Origin: Enoplolaimus lenunculus
Lineage: Eukaryota
DNA length: 64,000 bases
NCBI GenBank assembly: GCA_030248215.1
Contig: JASANG010000957.1
Location: 248,001-312,000 of the forward strand
Direction: 5' to 3'
Part shown: in pieces, positions 12,301-22,168 of the stretch
Numbering within the stretch: position 1 is the first letter of the stretch
Layout of the letters: each line of letters begins with the position of its first letter
Notes under the pieces: generated by a model
Database searches by the model: none
Told to the model about the DNA's origin: nothing
What the model saw: the letters and a program-made list of their open reading frames with translations, nothing else
Made by a program: the position numbers and the translations under genes

Positions 12301-15300
12301 CGTCAAAAACCAGTCGAAGTTTTGGTTGTGTTTACTACAATTTACTGGATAGTCATTAGTTGGTGTTTAACCCTTTGCGAAAGGTTTGTAAACTTGTAAA
12401 TATAAGCCACTGAGTACATATTCTCAAATGTGTATAGCAACTATCGTCAGGTTTTGAAACGCGCTAAATACTGCAGTTGCTGAGCTCAAAAATGGTGCAG
12501 GAATAGAGCGAAGCAAACGCAAAAAATGTGCGCAAGTTTGAGTGTCAACATTTACTGATTCGAAAGTTAAGCTATACTCAAAGTGCAAGTTTTTGCTGCA
12601 AGAACTTCTCAACTGCAACTGGCACTTGCAAGTTTTGTCAAAAGTCTCATTCGAAAAACTTGCAGCTGCAAATAATTCATTAAAAATCATAGCTGAAAAC
12701 TTTGTTCACATGTGTGAATAACCATGTAAGTTCAATGAATTTACTACAGCAGCTTTCTGATTGGCTGATGAAAAAATGCAACCTCTGGGTGCAATTTGCA
12801 GCTGCAAGTTCTAGCAGCGAAAACTTGCACGTGCCAATATGGCTTAACAAGACCTATCAATAAACTCATTTGAGAATATAGACACTGGTCACACGTGCGA
12901 GTTTTTGCTGCGAGAACTTGCACCTTCAACTTGCACGAAAACGTTTCTTGACAGAAGCAACTGGCATCAATCAATTTGCATGCACAAGAAGTTGCAGGCG
13001 CAAGTTCTCGTGGCAAAAACTTGCACGTATTGCTGGTGCAAGTTGCAAGTACAAGTTCTCGCAGCACAAACTTGCGCGTAGCGACAATGATTTGCACGTG
13101 CAAGTTTTTTTGCGACGAGAACTTGAAGAAATTAAAATTACAGAATTTTTCTTTTTGAGAATAAATTTTTGGATAAAAATAATCATATCTTGCGTGTTCG
13201 CTAATGCGCGTTCCAGGAACAATGCTGCCGGAACGAAAAATTACAGAAATTTTGCGACCATTCAATTAAACCTTGAACCTTTCGAGCTCAAGCCATACCA
13301 CGCGGCGCTATTGCTGTATGACCCAGAGATAGAAGTGGAGCCGCCCGAAGTAGGCTCTGTCCGCCCCGACCCACGAAAAAGTCGTGGTCCGCCTGTCCCA
13401 CTGCAATCGCTGATATGTAACGAAATGTAACAGCATTTGAGCGATTTTGGTGCTGATTTTTATAATATTTTCATGCAATCATTCTAAGGTAAAAACTTAG
13501 AAACCCAGAGAAATTGGTTGTGTGATTTTTAATACTATTTGGCAGCTAGATCATGGGCTGTGCCAGGGCAGCTCAACCCGCCTATAAATGTTCCACCCAT
13601 AGAAAAGTTGGCCCATGAATAGAACAGGGCCGGAGAAGTAGTATAACGATATTCCTAAGCCTAAGTCTAAACCTAAGCCTAAGCCTAAGCCTAAGCCTAA
13701 GCGTAAGGATGAGCCTATTCCTAAGCCTAAACCTAAGCTTAAGCCTACGCAAAAAGTTAGTCTAACGCTTACGCTGACTCGATTACATCCCAGCAGGATA
13801 ACGATTCGGCCCTGCTCTATACATGGGTCGAAAATGTTTTGCCCCGCTTTTAGGCGTCGCTGGAATGATTGAGGGGACTGGCGGCGTGTGCGGGAATGTT
13901 TTAGGTACACCAAATCACCAATATCTGACAGTACAAGCAATTTAGCGTACATTCATTCGTTGTGGATTGTTGTTATTACATTTTTATCAATCGGTTACGG
14001 TGATATGGTGCCTCATACGATATGTGGCCGAGCACTCGCCTCGATTACTGGCATTGTGGTAAAACCAAACTTTGTGATCAGTGGCGGAACTAGAAATTTT
14101 TGGCCCATGTAAACATCAGGGGCGGAACGTTTTTCTGTGGGACTACAATAAAGTAAGCTTAAGCTTAAGACTAATTTTTGTACTTGGCTTAGGATAACAC
14201 TTAGGCTTAGGAATATGCTCATTCGTACGCTTAGGCTTAGGCTTAGGAATATGCTCATTCTTACGCTTAGGCTTAGGCTTAGGAATATGCTCATTCTTAC
14301 GCTTAGGCTTAGGCTTAGGAATATGCTCATTCTTACGCTTAGGCTTAGGCTTAGGAATATGCTCATTCTTACGCTTAGGCTTAGGCTTAGGAATATGCTC
14401 ATTCTTACGCTTAGGCTTAGGCTTAGGAATATGCTCATTCTTACGCTTAGGCTTAGGCTTAGGAATATGCTCATTCTTACGCTTAGGCTTAGGCTTAGGA
14501 ATATGCTCATTCTTACGCTTAGGCTTAGGCTTAGGAATATGCTCATTCTTACGCTTAGGCTTAGGCTTAGGAATATGCTCATTCTTACGCTTAGGCTTAG
14601 GCTTAGGAATATGCTCATTCTTACGCTGACGCTTAGGCTTAGGAATATGCTCATTCTTACGCTTACGCTTAGCCTTAGACTTAGGCTTAGGCTTAAGAAT
14701 ATGGTTATAATACTGTTCCGCTCCTGGTGTTTACATTGGCCAAATTTTTGAAGGTGAAATTAAGACAATTTATTCAACCGGTTATACTCTTGTACTAACA
14801 CGTTGAGGTTGCTTAGTTTTAACTTTGTACTCTTGTCAGTTTAATGCAAGAGCCATATAGAGACCATCACGAAAATTTTTGACGAGAACGCGATGGGGAT
14901 CGAACCCGCGACGTTGCACATTATTATCAGTCCGATAGCCGAACCATTGAGCTACTCGACTGTACTGTTTCAGGGTATATTTGTGTCTTCGGCACTGATC
15001 GCTACAGTGACCAATATGTTAGAATTGACCAAAGCTGAAAAACACGTCAATACTTTTATGGCCGAAACGATGATTCACAGGCGTGTAAGTGTCATAAATT
15101 GTTAAGTCAACTGAACTTAGTTATACCAAGAGTGGATGATGTCCACCATGCAAAAGAGTGTGCAACTGCTTGGGCTGTGCATGGTACTAAATGTACCAGC
15201 ACGCGTTGCATTTTTGGTCGACCCCCCCTTCAATCAGGGGGGTGGGGTTAAGCAAGAGATTAACCATAAAGTATGCTTCAGTACACCTACCCCCCTTAAA

Positions 15301-18300
15301 CAAGGGGGGTTACAATTTGCTCCTAGCATTACTACGATATAAAACTGCATACAGACCCCCTAAACAAGGAGGGTTGGCCAAAAACGCAACGCGTGCCGGG
15401 TACATTCTTTAATACACAGAATGTGCCCAGTTGTACACTCTTGTTATAAAGAGTGATCATCCACTCTTGGTTATATTAAGAGTGCATGATACAAGAGTGT
15501 GCAACTCGTGCGGTTCCGCATGGTACAAACTGTACCACCGGATGTTGCGTTTTTCGCCGGCCCCGACCCCCTTGTTTTGAGGGGGGGTTGCTATCACACG
15601 AATACCCCTAAATTAAACTATAACGGAAACATGTTTGACGCCGCATACATAAAGTGGCATGGTTCGCACCGGTTGTACCCCCCTCTAAGCAAAGGGGAGT
15701 AGGGCAAAAACGCAACGCGTGACGGGTGCATTCTTTTCTACACAGAATGTACCAAGTTACACACTCTCGCTAAATAGCGATTATCCACTCTTGTTAATGC
15801 TGACTGATGTTCACACCCGTAAACATTCCGGGGGGGGGGGCATTTTACGAGCGACACGCAGTTGATGTAATAAGGCTTCAAGAATGACGCAAACTCTTCC
15901 ACGGTGGCGAAAAACTTTCTACTGATAGCTGAACCGCTCAAGTGTAAGCGCACTGCGAGCCTGTGATGAATATTTCTATCCCGAACAGGGGGAGTAGCGT
16001 AACAAGACTCTGTAGCCGGAATGTCACTCAACCATAAGGGGTACCCGCCAATGATGGGTGGCTCAGACTTGAATTCGAGGTAACCAACCCTATACCACAG
16101 TTTTCCTGTTTCGCAGCGAACAAGCGCCTATACTTAACACTGACTAATAAGCTTATACCGTAGCCTAAGCCTCAGCAAAAAAATTTTGTTTAAAGCTTAA
16201 GCTTTACTCTATTCCAGTCCCGCAGGAAAACGTTCCGACCCTGTTCTATACATGGGCCTGACAAAGTATTAATTGTCTATGAGAACCTAAACAAGTATCC
16301 TGATGCCTAAGTGTCTGATCCGGTCTGATGGAGGACAAATTAGGGTGGCGCTACACTTTTGATGCCGTCCGACGCCATCGTCATCGTGTAGTCACCGTAC
16401 GGTATCGTTCGTCAATTATTTGCCCACGATGCCGCATGGTCACCGACGATGACGAACGGCGCCGGACGGTGACAAACGGCGCCGGACGGTGACAAACGGC
16501 GACGGACGGTGACAAACGGCGCCGGACGGTGACAAACGGCGACGGACGGTGACAAACGGCGACGGACGGTGACAAACGGCGACGGACGGTGACAAACGGC
16601 GCCGGACGGTGACAAACGGCGACGGACGGTGACAAACGGCGCCGGACGGTTACAAACGGCGCCGGACGGTGACAAACGGCGACGGACGGTGACAAACGGC
16701 GCCGGACGGTGACAAACGGCGACGGACGGTGCCGTGCAAGTATAGCGCCACCCTTACACCATTGTGCCCCCAGAAAATTCGTGAAGCACCAAATATTTTT
16801 AGGGGGGTCACTCAAATCCAATTCAATATTTACTTTTAGACCGAGTCTATTGGGGGGGCGCACCAGCCAAATTTGGGGCGCACCAGCCAAATTTGGGGGG
16901 CGGGGGCACCAGCCAAATTTGAGGTGACACAACACCCCAATGCCCCCGTGGGGACGTTCTTGCCCTTACCCTGTAGTAATTAAGACTTCGTTTGCATAAT
17001 TTAGCTAATTGATTGTTTTTGTTGTATTTTTAATTATTTGTTTGTATGGTGTTGCATTTCAGAGAAATAATGCAGCCGCTGCTGTTTTGCAACAAACTTG
17101 GTTCATATATAAATATCGTATCCTGAAACCAACTGCATCAAAAACACGCGTTCATCAACGAAAATTTCTCGCTGCACTTAGAGAGTAAGAATGGCCCGTG
17201 TTACTTTAAGGGGCGTCCAGGTTTCTAATGGGTCCATAAAACAGTAAGTTTAGATTCTAGATTACATTTTTTGCTTAGGTTTAGGCTTAGGAACACATTT
17301 TGGCAACGCTTAGGTTTACGCTTAGGCTTAGGAATACGCTTAATCTACTGTTACGTCCCTTAAAGTAACATTGGCCGTAAGAATGACGTTGTGATTTTGT
17401 TTATTTCAACGTCATCCGGCACCCTCAGTACTCTCACGGGTTCACTAAAACGGCGTCAACAGCGGGAGGGTTACGAGCCTCGCGACCGAAGTGTCGAGAC
17501 AGAACCCAAATGCAATTTTGAGCATTGAATCTTAGTACAGATTTGGCTTTGAAATTCTGAAAGTGGGACACTTCTATGGTCTCCCTTTTGCTGCACCGCT
17601 GACCGTTAGTCAACTGTAGCCCCATCACTAAGTGCAAGCTGTTACTGAGTGAGCCAGGGCCGCAATTACGGAGGCGATATGCAAATATTTTGGTCCATGT
17701 ATAGAACAGGGCCGGAACAGTAGTATATAAGCATATTCCTAAACCTAAGCCTAACTCTAAGCCTAAGCGTATAGATGAGCGTATTCTTAAGCCTAAGCCT
17801 AAGCGTAAGCCTAAGCAAAAAATTAGTCTAAAGCTTAAACTGACTCTTTTATAGCCCCCCTTCGGAAAACGATCCGGCCCTGTTCTATACACGGGCCAAT
17901 ATTTTCATTTCGCCAGTCCAAACAAATTGCTTCAATTTCTTGTGTTCTAGAAATTTTTTCCTATAAATCTGATCGGCTCCAATTTGTCGTAAATGTCTTT
18001 TTACACCTTTTATGGCCAGTAGTCACATAAAAGGTCAAGCCAAAACTTATTTAAAATATTATTTTACAATTTAAAAATATCTCTTAAATTGAATTTAATT
18101 AATATTTCAGATTTCGACGCGTCAAATGGGACCAAAGAAAATTAACCGAAGAAGCAAACCGGTTGATCGACGCAAGTCAAGTATGTTAGAAACGGCCAAT
18201 GTTAGGGGCGTAACAGTAGATTAAGCGTATTCTTTAAGCCTAATTCTAATCCTAAACCAAAGCAACAAAGTAACCTAGAATCTAAACCTACTCTTTTATG

Positions 18301-19242
18301 GACCCACCAGAAACCTGGACGCCTCTTAAACTAACATGGGCGTTTGAAACTAAGACGCCGACGCTTACTTAAACACTGTTATCTAGGCTTAGGCAAAGAA
18401 TTAGGTAAACCATTTCCTAAATATAACACTATGCCTAAAGTCTAAGCCTAGACCTGTCGGGTAGTCATATGTACCAAAGTCAGAGTGTTTCGCAGTGGCA
18501 GACAGGTTTATATCCGTAAAACATATATTTCAACGCTATGCAGATAAATTATTCTACACGGCAAAAAATGGTGTGTCAAATAGACTCTCTCCGAAATAAT
18601 CTCTACGGGACTACACAAAATGGATTCATCAAATTCGACTCTGCCAGAGTCAACCGTGCGACAAAGTGAGTCGAATTTGTCTCTTCTCGTCGAAATTTTA
18701 AGTTTGGGCTGTGCTATACTTTACAGTACTTTGCGGCGCTATACGTCGCCGCGCTAAGGGTTGCGCTGTACTCGACGTCCGGCGCCGTCCGGCACCCGTC
18801 CGGCGCCGTCTGTCACCCGTCCGGCACCGTCCGTCACCCGTCCGGCACCGTCCGTCACCCGTCCGGCACCGTCCGGCACCGTCCGTCACCCGTCCGGCAC
18901 CGTCCGGCACCGTCCGTCACCCGACCGTCACCCGTCCGGCACCGGCCGTCACCCGTCCGGCACCGCCGGCACCGGTCGTCACCGTCTGTCACCCGTAGGC
19001 TTGCAACCCTAATACGTAATTGGTGAAGAATATTTTGAAATATATATTTTTTGCCGTTTTAATTATATTTTTTCTTATTTTTATAGGTTCATACTGGTCT
19101 TCAGACCAAATTGTCTGACTTATCGAGTAATCAACAAATACTGTTGCATTCAGTAACTGAAATGGCTGATCGTATGGTATCAATTGAAACAATGTTGCAA
19201 CAACTGATTGGTACAAGTAACGTTGAAGATGAACCGCGATAA
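6697..19242 (+). CDS. KCNN: Small-conductance Ca2+-activated K+ channel (SK/KCNN; nematode kcnl family); join(6697..9336,10343..10438,11150..11417,12227..12383,13905..14058,14974..15084,17063..17184,18111..18180,19087..19242)
   Basis: All 8 introns are GT-AG with consistent phases (0,0,1,2,0,0,2,0); spliced length 3774 nt. SK motifs appear in order: S1 SDACVVLAAIGIAIMMIEGEL, S2 YHSLEIK, DCGADDWK, S4 SIPMFLRFYL..MVLHS, S4-S5 linker TRSIAALNRV, pore TFLSIGYGDMVP, ELTKAEKHVNTFM, calmodulin-binding domain (CaMBD) AAAVLQQTWFIYK..HQRKFL, then a C-terminal coiled-coil-like exon. The start codon and possible upstream exons are uncertain. Confidence 0.93.
10010..10257. mobile_element. CACTG-ended (CACTA/Mirage/Chapaev-like) MITE rich in GAGTTGA/TCAACTC subterminal repeats
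   Basis: CACTCTAAATT...AATTTACAGTG; other copies at ~9715-9932, 22719-22840, 24061-24310, 27364-27617, 36360-36525, 37090-37246, 37785-38260 and 55487-55727. Confidence 0.72.
10343..10438 (+). CDS. KCNN: SK channel exon 2 (S2)
   Basis: TTTTCAG|NSPISNVLKTLIVFSTCILLAAILLYHSLEIK|GTAAGC; 96 nt. Confidence 0.92.
10474..10658. mobile_element. GGCC-ended TTAGGC-cargo MITE, subfamily A (right tip lost)
   Basis: GGCCCATGTAAAGATCAG...TTCTTTACA; 8-bp TSD AGAAACTT. Confidence 0.8.
11150..11417 (+). CDS. KCNN: SK channel exon 3 (S3-S4)
   Basis: TTTTCAG|LLMIDCGADDWKV...ICPLPG...SIPMFLRFYLVGRAMVLHSRQFK+G|GTAAAC. Confidence 0.94.
12227..12383 (+). CDS. KCNN: SK channel exon 4 (S4-S5 linker, S5)
   Basis: TTTCAG|(D)PATRSIAALNRVSVDVKFVIRSLMRQKPVEVLVVFTTIYWIVISWCLTLCE(R)|GTTTGT. 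Confidence 0.93.
13610..13829. mobile_element. GGCC-ended TTAGGC-cargo MITE, subfamily B
   Basis: TIRs GGCCCATGAATAGAACAGGGCCG...CGGCCCTGCTCTATACATGGGTC; GCCTAA core. Confidence 0.8.
13905..14058 (+). CDS. KCNN: SK channel exon 5 (pore loop with GYG filter, start of S6)
   Basis: TTTTAG|(R)YTKSP...SLWIVVITFLSIGYGDMVPHTICGRALASITGIV|GTAAAA. Confidence 0.95.
14102..14741. mobile_element. TTAGGC-cargo MITE, subfamily A, with an internal 36-bp tandem expansion
   Basis: GGCCCATGTAAACATCAGGGGCGGAAC...GTTCCGCTCCTGGTGTTTACATTGGCC; TSD AAATTTTT; about 13 copies of TTAGGCTTAGGCTTAGGAATATGCTCATTCTTACGC. Confidence 0.9.
14885..14960 (-). pseudogene. tRNA-derived remnant (SINE head or tRNA pseudogene)
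   Basis: Minus strand reads TAGCTCAATGG (A box) ... GGTTCGATCCC (B box) at tRNA-like spacing; acceptor and anticodon stems do not pair well. Confidence 0.55.
14974..15084 (+). CDS. KCNN: SK channel exon 6 (S6 and start of CaMBD)
   Basis: TTTCAG|GIFVSSALIATVTNMLELTKAEKHVNTFMAETMIHRR|GTAAGT. Confidence 0.94.
15125..15794. mobile_element. Two adjacent long-TIR palindromic MITEs (same family as 2635-2982)
   Basis: ACCAAGAGTGGATGATG...TCATCCACTCTTGGT followed by ACAAGAGTGTGCAAC...CCACTCTTGT. Confidence 0.72.
16343..16753. mobile_element. Tourist/PIF-Harbinger-like MITE with a 20-bp GC-rich minisatellite
   Basis: TIRs GGGTGGCGCTACAC...GTATAGCGCCACCC; 3-bp TSD TTA; unit GACGGACGGTGACAAACGGC. Confidence 0.8.
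17063..17184 (+). CDS. KCNN: SK channel exon 7 (calmodulin-binding domain)
   Basis: TTTCAG|RNNAAAAVLQQTWFIYKYRILKPTASKTRVHQRKFLAALR(E)|GTAAGA. Confidence 0.94.
17193..17376. mobile_element. TTAGGC-cargo MITE, subfamily C, inserted at the SK exon 7 donor
   Basis: TIRs GGCCCGTGTTACTTTAAGGGGCGT...ACGTCCCTTAAAGTAACATTGGCC; perfect TSD GTAAGAAT. Confidence 0.9.
17692..17897. mobile_element. TTAGGC-cargo MITE, subfamily B
   Basis: TIRs plus perfect TSD AATATTTT. Confidence 0.88.
18111..18180 (+). CDS. KCNN: SK channel exon 8 (end of CaMBD)
   Basis: TTTCAG|(E)FRRVKWDQRKLTEEANRLIDASQ|GTATGT, resembling the SK segment [20 protein letters not shown]. Confidence 0.92.
18194..18342. mobile_element. 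TTAGGC-cargo MITE, subfamily C (degenerate)
   Basis: TSD TTAGAAAC/TTTGAAAC (7 of 8). Confidence 0.75.
18758..19009. mobile_element. Tourist-like MITE (same family)
   Basis: TAA|GGGTTGCGCTGTAC...TTGCAACCC|TAA; internal CCGTCCGGCACCGTCCGTCAC repeats. Confidence 0.75.
19087..19242 (+). CDS. KCNN: SK channel exon 9 (coiled-coil-like C-terminus, stop)
   Basis: TTTTATAG|VHTGLQTKLSDLSSNQQILLHSVTEMADRMVSIETMLQQLIGTSNVEDEPR-TAA; phase 0 matches exon 8. Confidence 0.82.
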   Translation, partial: VHTGLQTKLSDLSSNQQILLHSVTEMADRMVSIETMLQQLIGTSNVEDEPR

Positions 19243-19309
19243 AGATTTATCGGGGGTCGAGCAGTTTGATATAGGATCACCCCCTCCAGTTAGTAATAAT
19301 AGGTTTTCA

Positions 19310-19315
19310 AATAAA
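19310..19315 (+). promoter_or_regulatory. Candidate polyadenylation signal of the SK gene
   Basis: AATAAA about 68 nt after the stop codon; a second AATAAA lies near 19374. Confidence 0.4.
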
Positions 19316-19460
19316 CGAATTATAATATTTGGTGTTAAGAACAGCGATAGAACACATTCGCTAAAAACTTAAGAATAAAATTCTTGATTCATATTCTCAA
19401 ATGTATACAGCAACTATCATCAGTTAGTAATAGGTTTTCAAACTCACTGTGGCAGTTGTT

Positions 19461-19646
19461 GGCCCATGTAAAGATATTTCTGTCGGACTGCAATATAGTA
19501 AGTAAGCTTAAGCTTTAGACTAACTTTTTTGCTTGGCTTAAGCTTATGCTTAGGATTAGGAATATGCTCATTCTTACGCTTCGGCTTATGTTTAAGCTTA
19601 AAAATAAGGTTATAATACTATTCCGCCCCTGTTCTTTACATTGGAA
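19461..19646. mobile_element. TTAGGC-cargo MITE, subfamily A, nested in a TATTCTCAAATG-TIR element (~19391-19772)
   Basis: TSD CAGTTGTT/CATTTGTT; host TIRs TATTCTCAAATGT...ACATTTGAGAAT flank it. Confidence 0.75.
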
Positions 19647-19776
19647 CATTTGTTGTACTCAATATTCGAACAAGAGTACAGCAAATCATATGCAAAAAAT
19701 GTGCTGAAGTTTGTAGCATCAGCATTCAATGGTTCGCATTAACTGGCGATAGGTGCTACACACATTTGAGAATTAA

Positions 19777-20021
19777 CCCTTTCTCACATGAATATTTTCT
19801 ATTTCCCCTGAGACATGCTTTTATGCTAGGATTCGAACTCCAGTGACTGGACACCACTCAGCTATAGGAGCTTGACACTCGAGCCCGAGGGGGCTCTCAC
19901 TTCTTGTGCTGGTTTAGTACTATGTATACGTGTTGCAATTGTTAAACACGGTGCGATATATATTATTTAACGTATATACACTGCGCTGAGTTGCATATAG
20001 GCAACTCAATATGAGAAGTGG
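19777..20021. mobile_element. piggyBac-like MITE containing tRNA-type A/B boxes
   Basis: TTAA|CCCTTTCTCACAT...ATATGAGAAGTGG|TTAA; on the minus strand A box TAGCTGAGTGG (19854-19864) and B box GTTCGAATCC (19829-19838). Confidence 0.62.
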
Positions 20022-21664
20022 TTAAAAGTACGTTTCCGAAATGAAATCATTTCTACATTTCTGAAATCAATACAGCCAATTAATATTAGCTATGGTTTGA
20101 ATTCACTTTGTATTATTTATATGTATAAACGACCCATGATTTATTGATGACACCGCTTTATAATTTATATGTATTTGAGTAAAATGTTAAATTTGTTGTC
20201 TGATGTCGTTGATTCATTCGGAACCGGATGTTTGACCTAAACCGGACCCTGAGGTCCATCTGTTTGGTGGGTCCGGCCAGAGGGTTTATTCAAAAATGTA
20301 AAAATATATTTCTTTAATGTTTTATTAGGAACCCTACCCGTGGAACCGTTGAAAGTACGAGCACTGAAGCCGCGGTTTCAGTGGCTTCCGTTATAATCTA
20401 CCCTTGTATATCTTCATTAAAAAGTCCATGTAAAGGTTAGGAACGGAACGTTTTTTGTGGGCCGGCAATAGAGTAAGCTTAAGGTTTAGACTAATTTTTT
20501 GCTAAGGCTTAGGCTTAGATGTAAGCCCGTTCTTAATACGCTTAGGCGTAGGCTTAGCATTATTGTTATACTACTGGTACGGTCCTGTTCTATATATTGG
20601 CCCATTAACCTATATTAAGCCTGTATAATTATTGTATCAAAGGACACTGCAAAAAATGGTGACTCAAATTGACTCTCTCCGAAATAGGTTCAACGGGTCT
20701 ACACAAATTGAGCCAAATTGGACTACACCTGAGTCACATTCGACTCACTGAGTCGCACGCTCGACTCTGGTGGAGTTGAATTTCACTCAGTTTGCGCAAT
20801 CCCGAAAGCCTATTCTGGAGAGAGTCAATTTGGCTCATCATTTTTTGTAGTGCAAAATTCTGGTTGTGGCTGCAAACCCGATCTGAAATTGACTTCGGCT
20901 TCGGATCCGGTAAAATGTTTGGGCCAATGTAAAGAACAGTTGCGGAACAGTATTATAAGCATATTCCTAAGCCTAAGCTTAAACCTAAGCCTAATCCTAA
21001 GCCAAGCAAAAAAAATTACTTTAAAACTTAAGCTTACGCTTTTCTATCCGCCAATGATTGAAACCATGGGCGCCAATCTGTTCCCAAAAGTGGGGGGTCA
21101 ATCTCAAAAAGTGAGGGGTTAAAAGCACCCGTCGAGTATTTATTCAAAAAGTGGGGGGGGGGGTCAATTGCCCCCCACCCCCCTGGATTGGTGCCCATAA
21201 TTGAAACAGGTTACGGTAAAATTGACATTGACATTGGTCAAAATTTTGTAATAATTGCATCGTTGAATATGCTTATCTTTGGAGGCAAATTTCTGAATAT
21301 CTGTTTAGCCAAACTTTAAGATTAATATTGTTTCAGCCGTTTTTCGTTAGGCCTTCTGATACCTGAATCTCGTTTACAGTGGTTTATTTCGGTACAATGT
21401 GCCTCAAGTGTGTCAAGCGGTAATGGGCGCGGAGACGTGCCCGTGTATTATCTGTGCTGAACTGTTAGGGTTGCGCTATACTTTTCTGAGCCGGACGCTG
21501 TCGTACGCCTCCCGTACGGCGGCGTGCGGTAATTTTTAGTAAACGTTTTACAGGCGAGGCGCAACGAGTATACTGCAACCCGTATACTTCAAATGCATGG
21601 TGGTTATAGCACGGCACTTAACTATATGAGATAATTACGAGATTTGGTATCTTATCCACATATT

Positions 21665-22141
21665 GGCCCATGTTACTTTAAGGGGCGTCCAGGTTTCTGG
21701 TGGGTCCATAAAAGCCAGGGTGCAACCGGAGATGAAAAATACCGGAGCCGCAGTCGGAGCCGGAAGTTTGGTTTTACGTTAATTTTCTGGGAAATTTCGG
21801 AAATTGTTTTCTGAAAATTGTGACAAAAGTAAAAGCGAAACACACTAAACAGATAAATTTTGCTAAATTCTGCAAAAAATTTACTACCGAATTTGCCGGA
21901 ACCTCCGGCATAAATTCTACCGGAGCCGGAGCCGGAAGCCGATTTTTGCCGGAGCAGGAGCCGGAGGCAGACCTCCAGGTTTACCCTGAATTAAAAGCGT
22001 AAGTTTCGATTCTAGATGACATTTTTTGCTTAGGCTTAGGCTTAGGCTTATGCTTAGGCTTAAGAACACATTTTTTGAAACGCGTTGGCTTAGGAATACG
22101 CTTAATCTACTGTTAATACGCCCCTTAAAGTAACATTGGCC
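21665..22141. mobile_element. TTAGGC-cargo MITE, subfamily C, interrupted by a CAGGG-TIR (hAT-like) MITE at 21716-21988
   Basis: TSD CACATATT/CACACATT; nested TIRs CAGGGTGCAACCGGAG...CTCCAGGTTTACCCTG. Confidence 0.8.
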
Positions 22142-22168
22142 CACACATTTGTCTTATAATATGGTATG

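Noticed and set aside
12744..13430. 170-aa ORFs on both strands in SK intron 4
   Set aside because: They overlap a palindromic TGCAAGTT/AACTTGCA-rich repeat also seen near 29460-29590 and show no protein motif.
13848..13872. Alternative SK exon 5 acceptor (TTTTAG at ~13853)
   Set aside because: It leads to an in-frame TGA within six codons; the 13904 acceptor keeps the SK alignment.
14013..14751. ORFs rich in LGLGLG, SLSLSL, PKPKPK or LRLRLR (also 1149, 13551, 17434, 39071, 40759, 62461 and others)
   Set aside because: They are translations of TTAGGC/GCCTAA MITE interiors, not genes.
14885..14960. Functional tRNA gene
   Set aside because: A and B boxes are present but the acceptor and anticodon stems do not form; kept only as a tRNA-derived remnant.
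15870..16100. Possible snoRNA or ribozyme in intronic unique sequence (also checked 17415-17690 and 46990-47140)
   Set aside because: A C-box-like GTGATGA is present near 15963, but I found no matching D box with terminal stem and no complete hammerhead core. An Infernal/Rfam scan would settle it.
16381..16935. Arg/Pro-rich ORFs (also 18698-19012 and 34275-34779)
   Set aside because: Stop-poor frames arising from GC-rich minisatellites inside Tourist-like MITEs.
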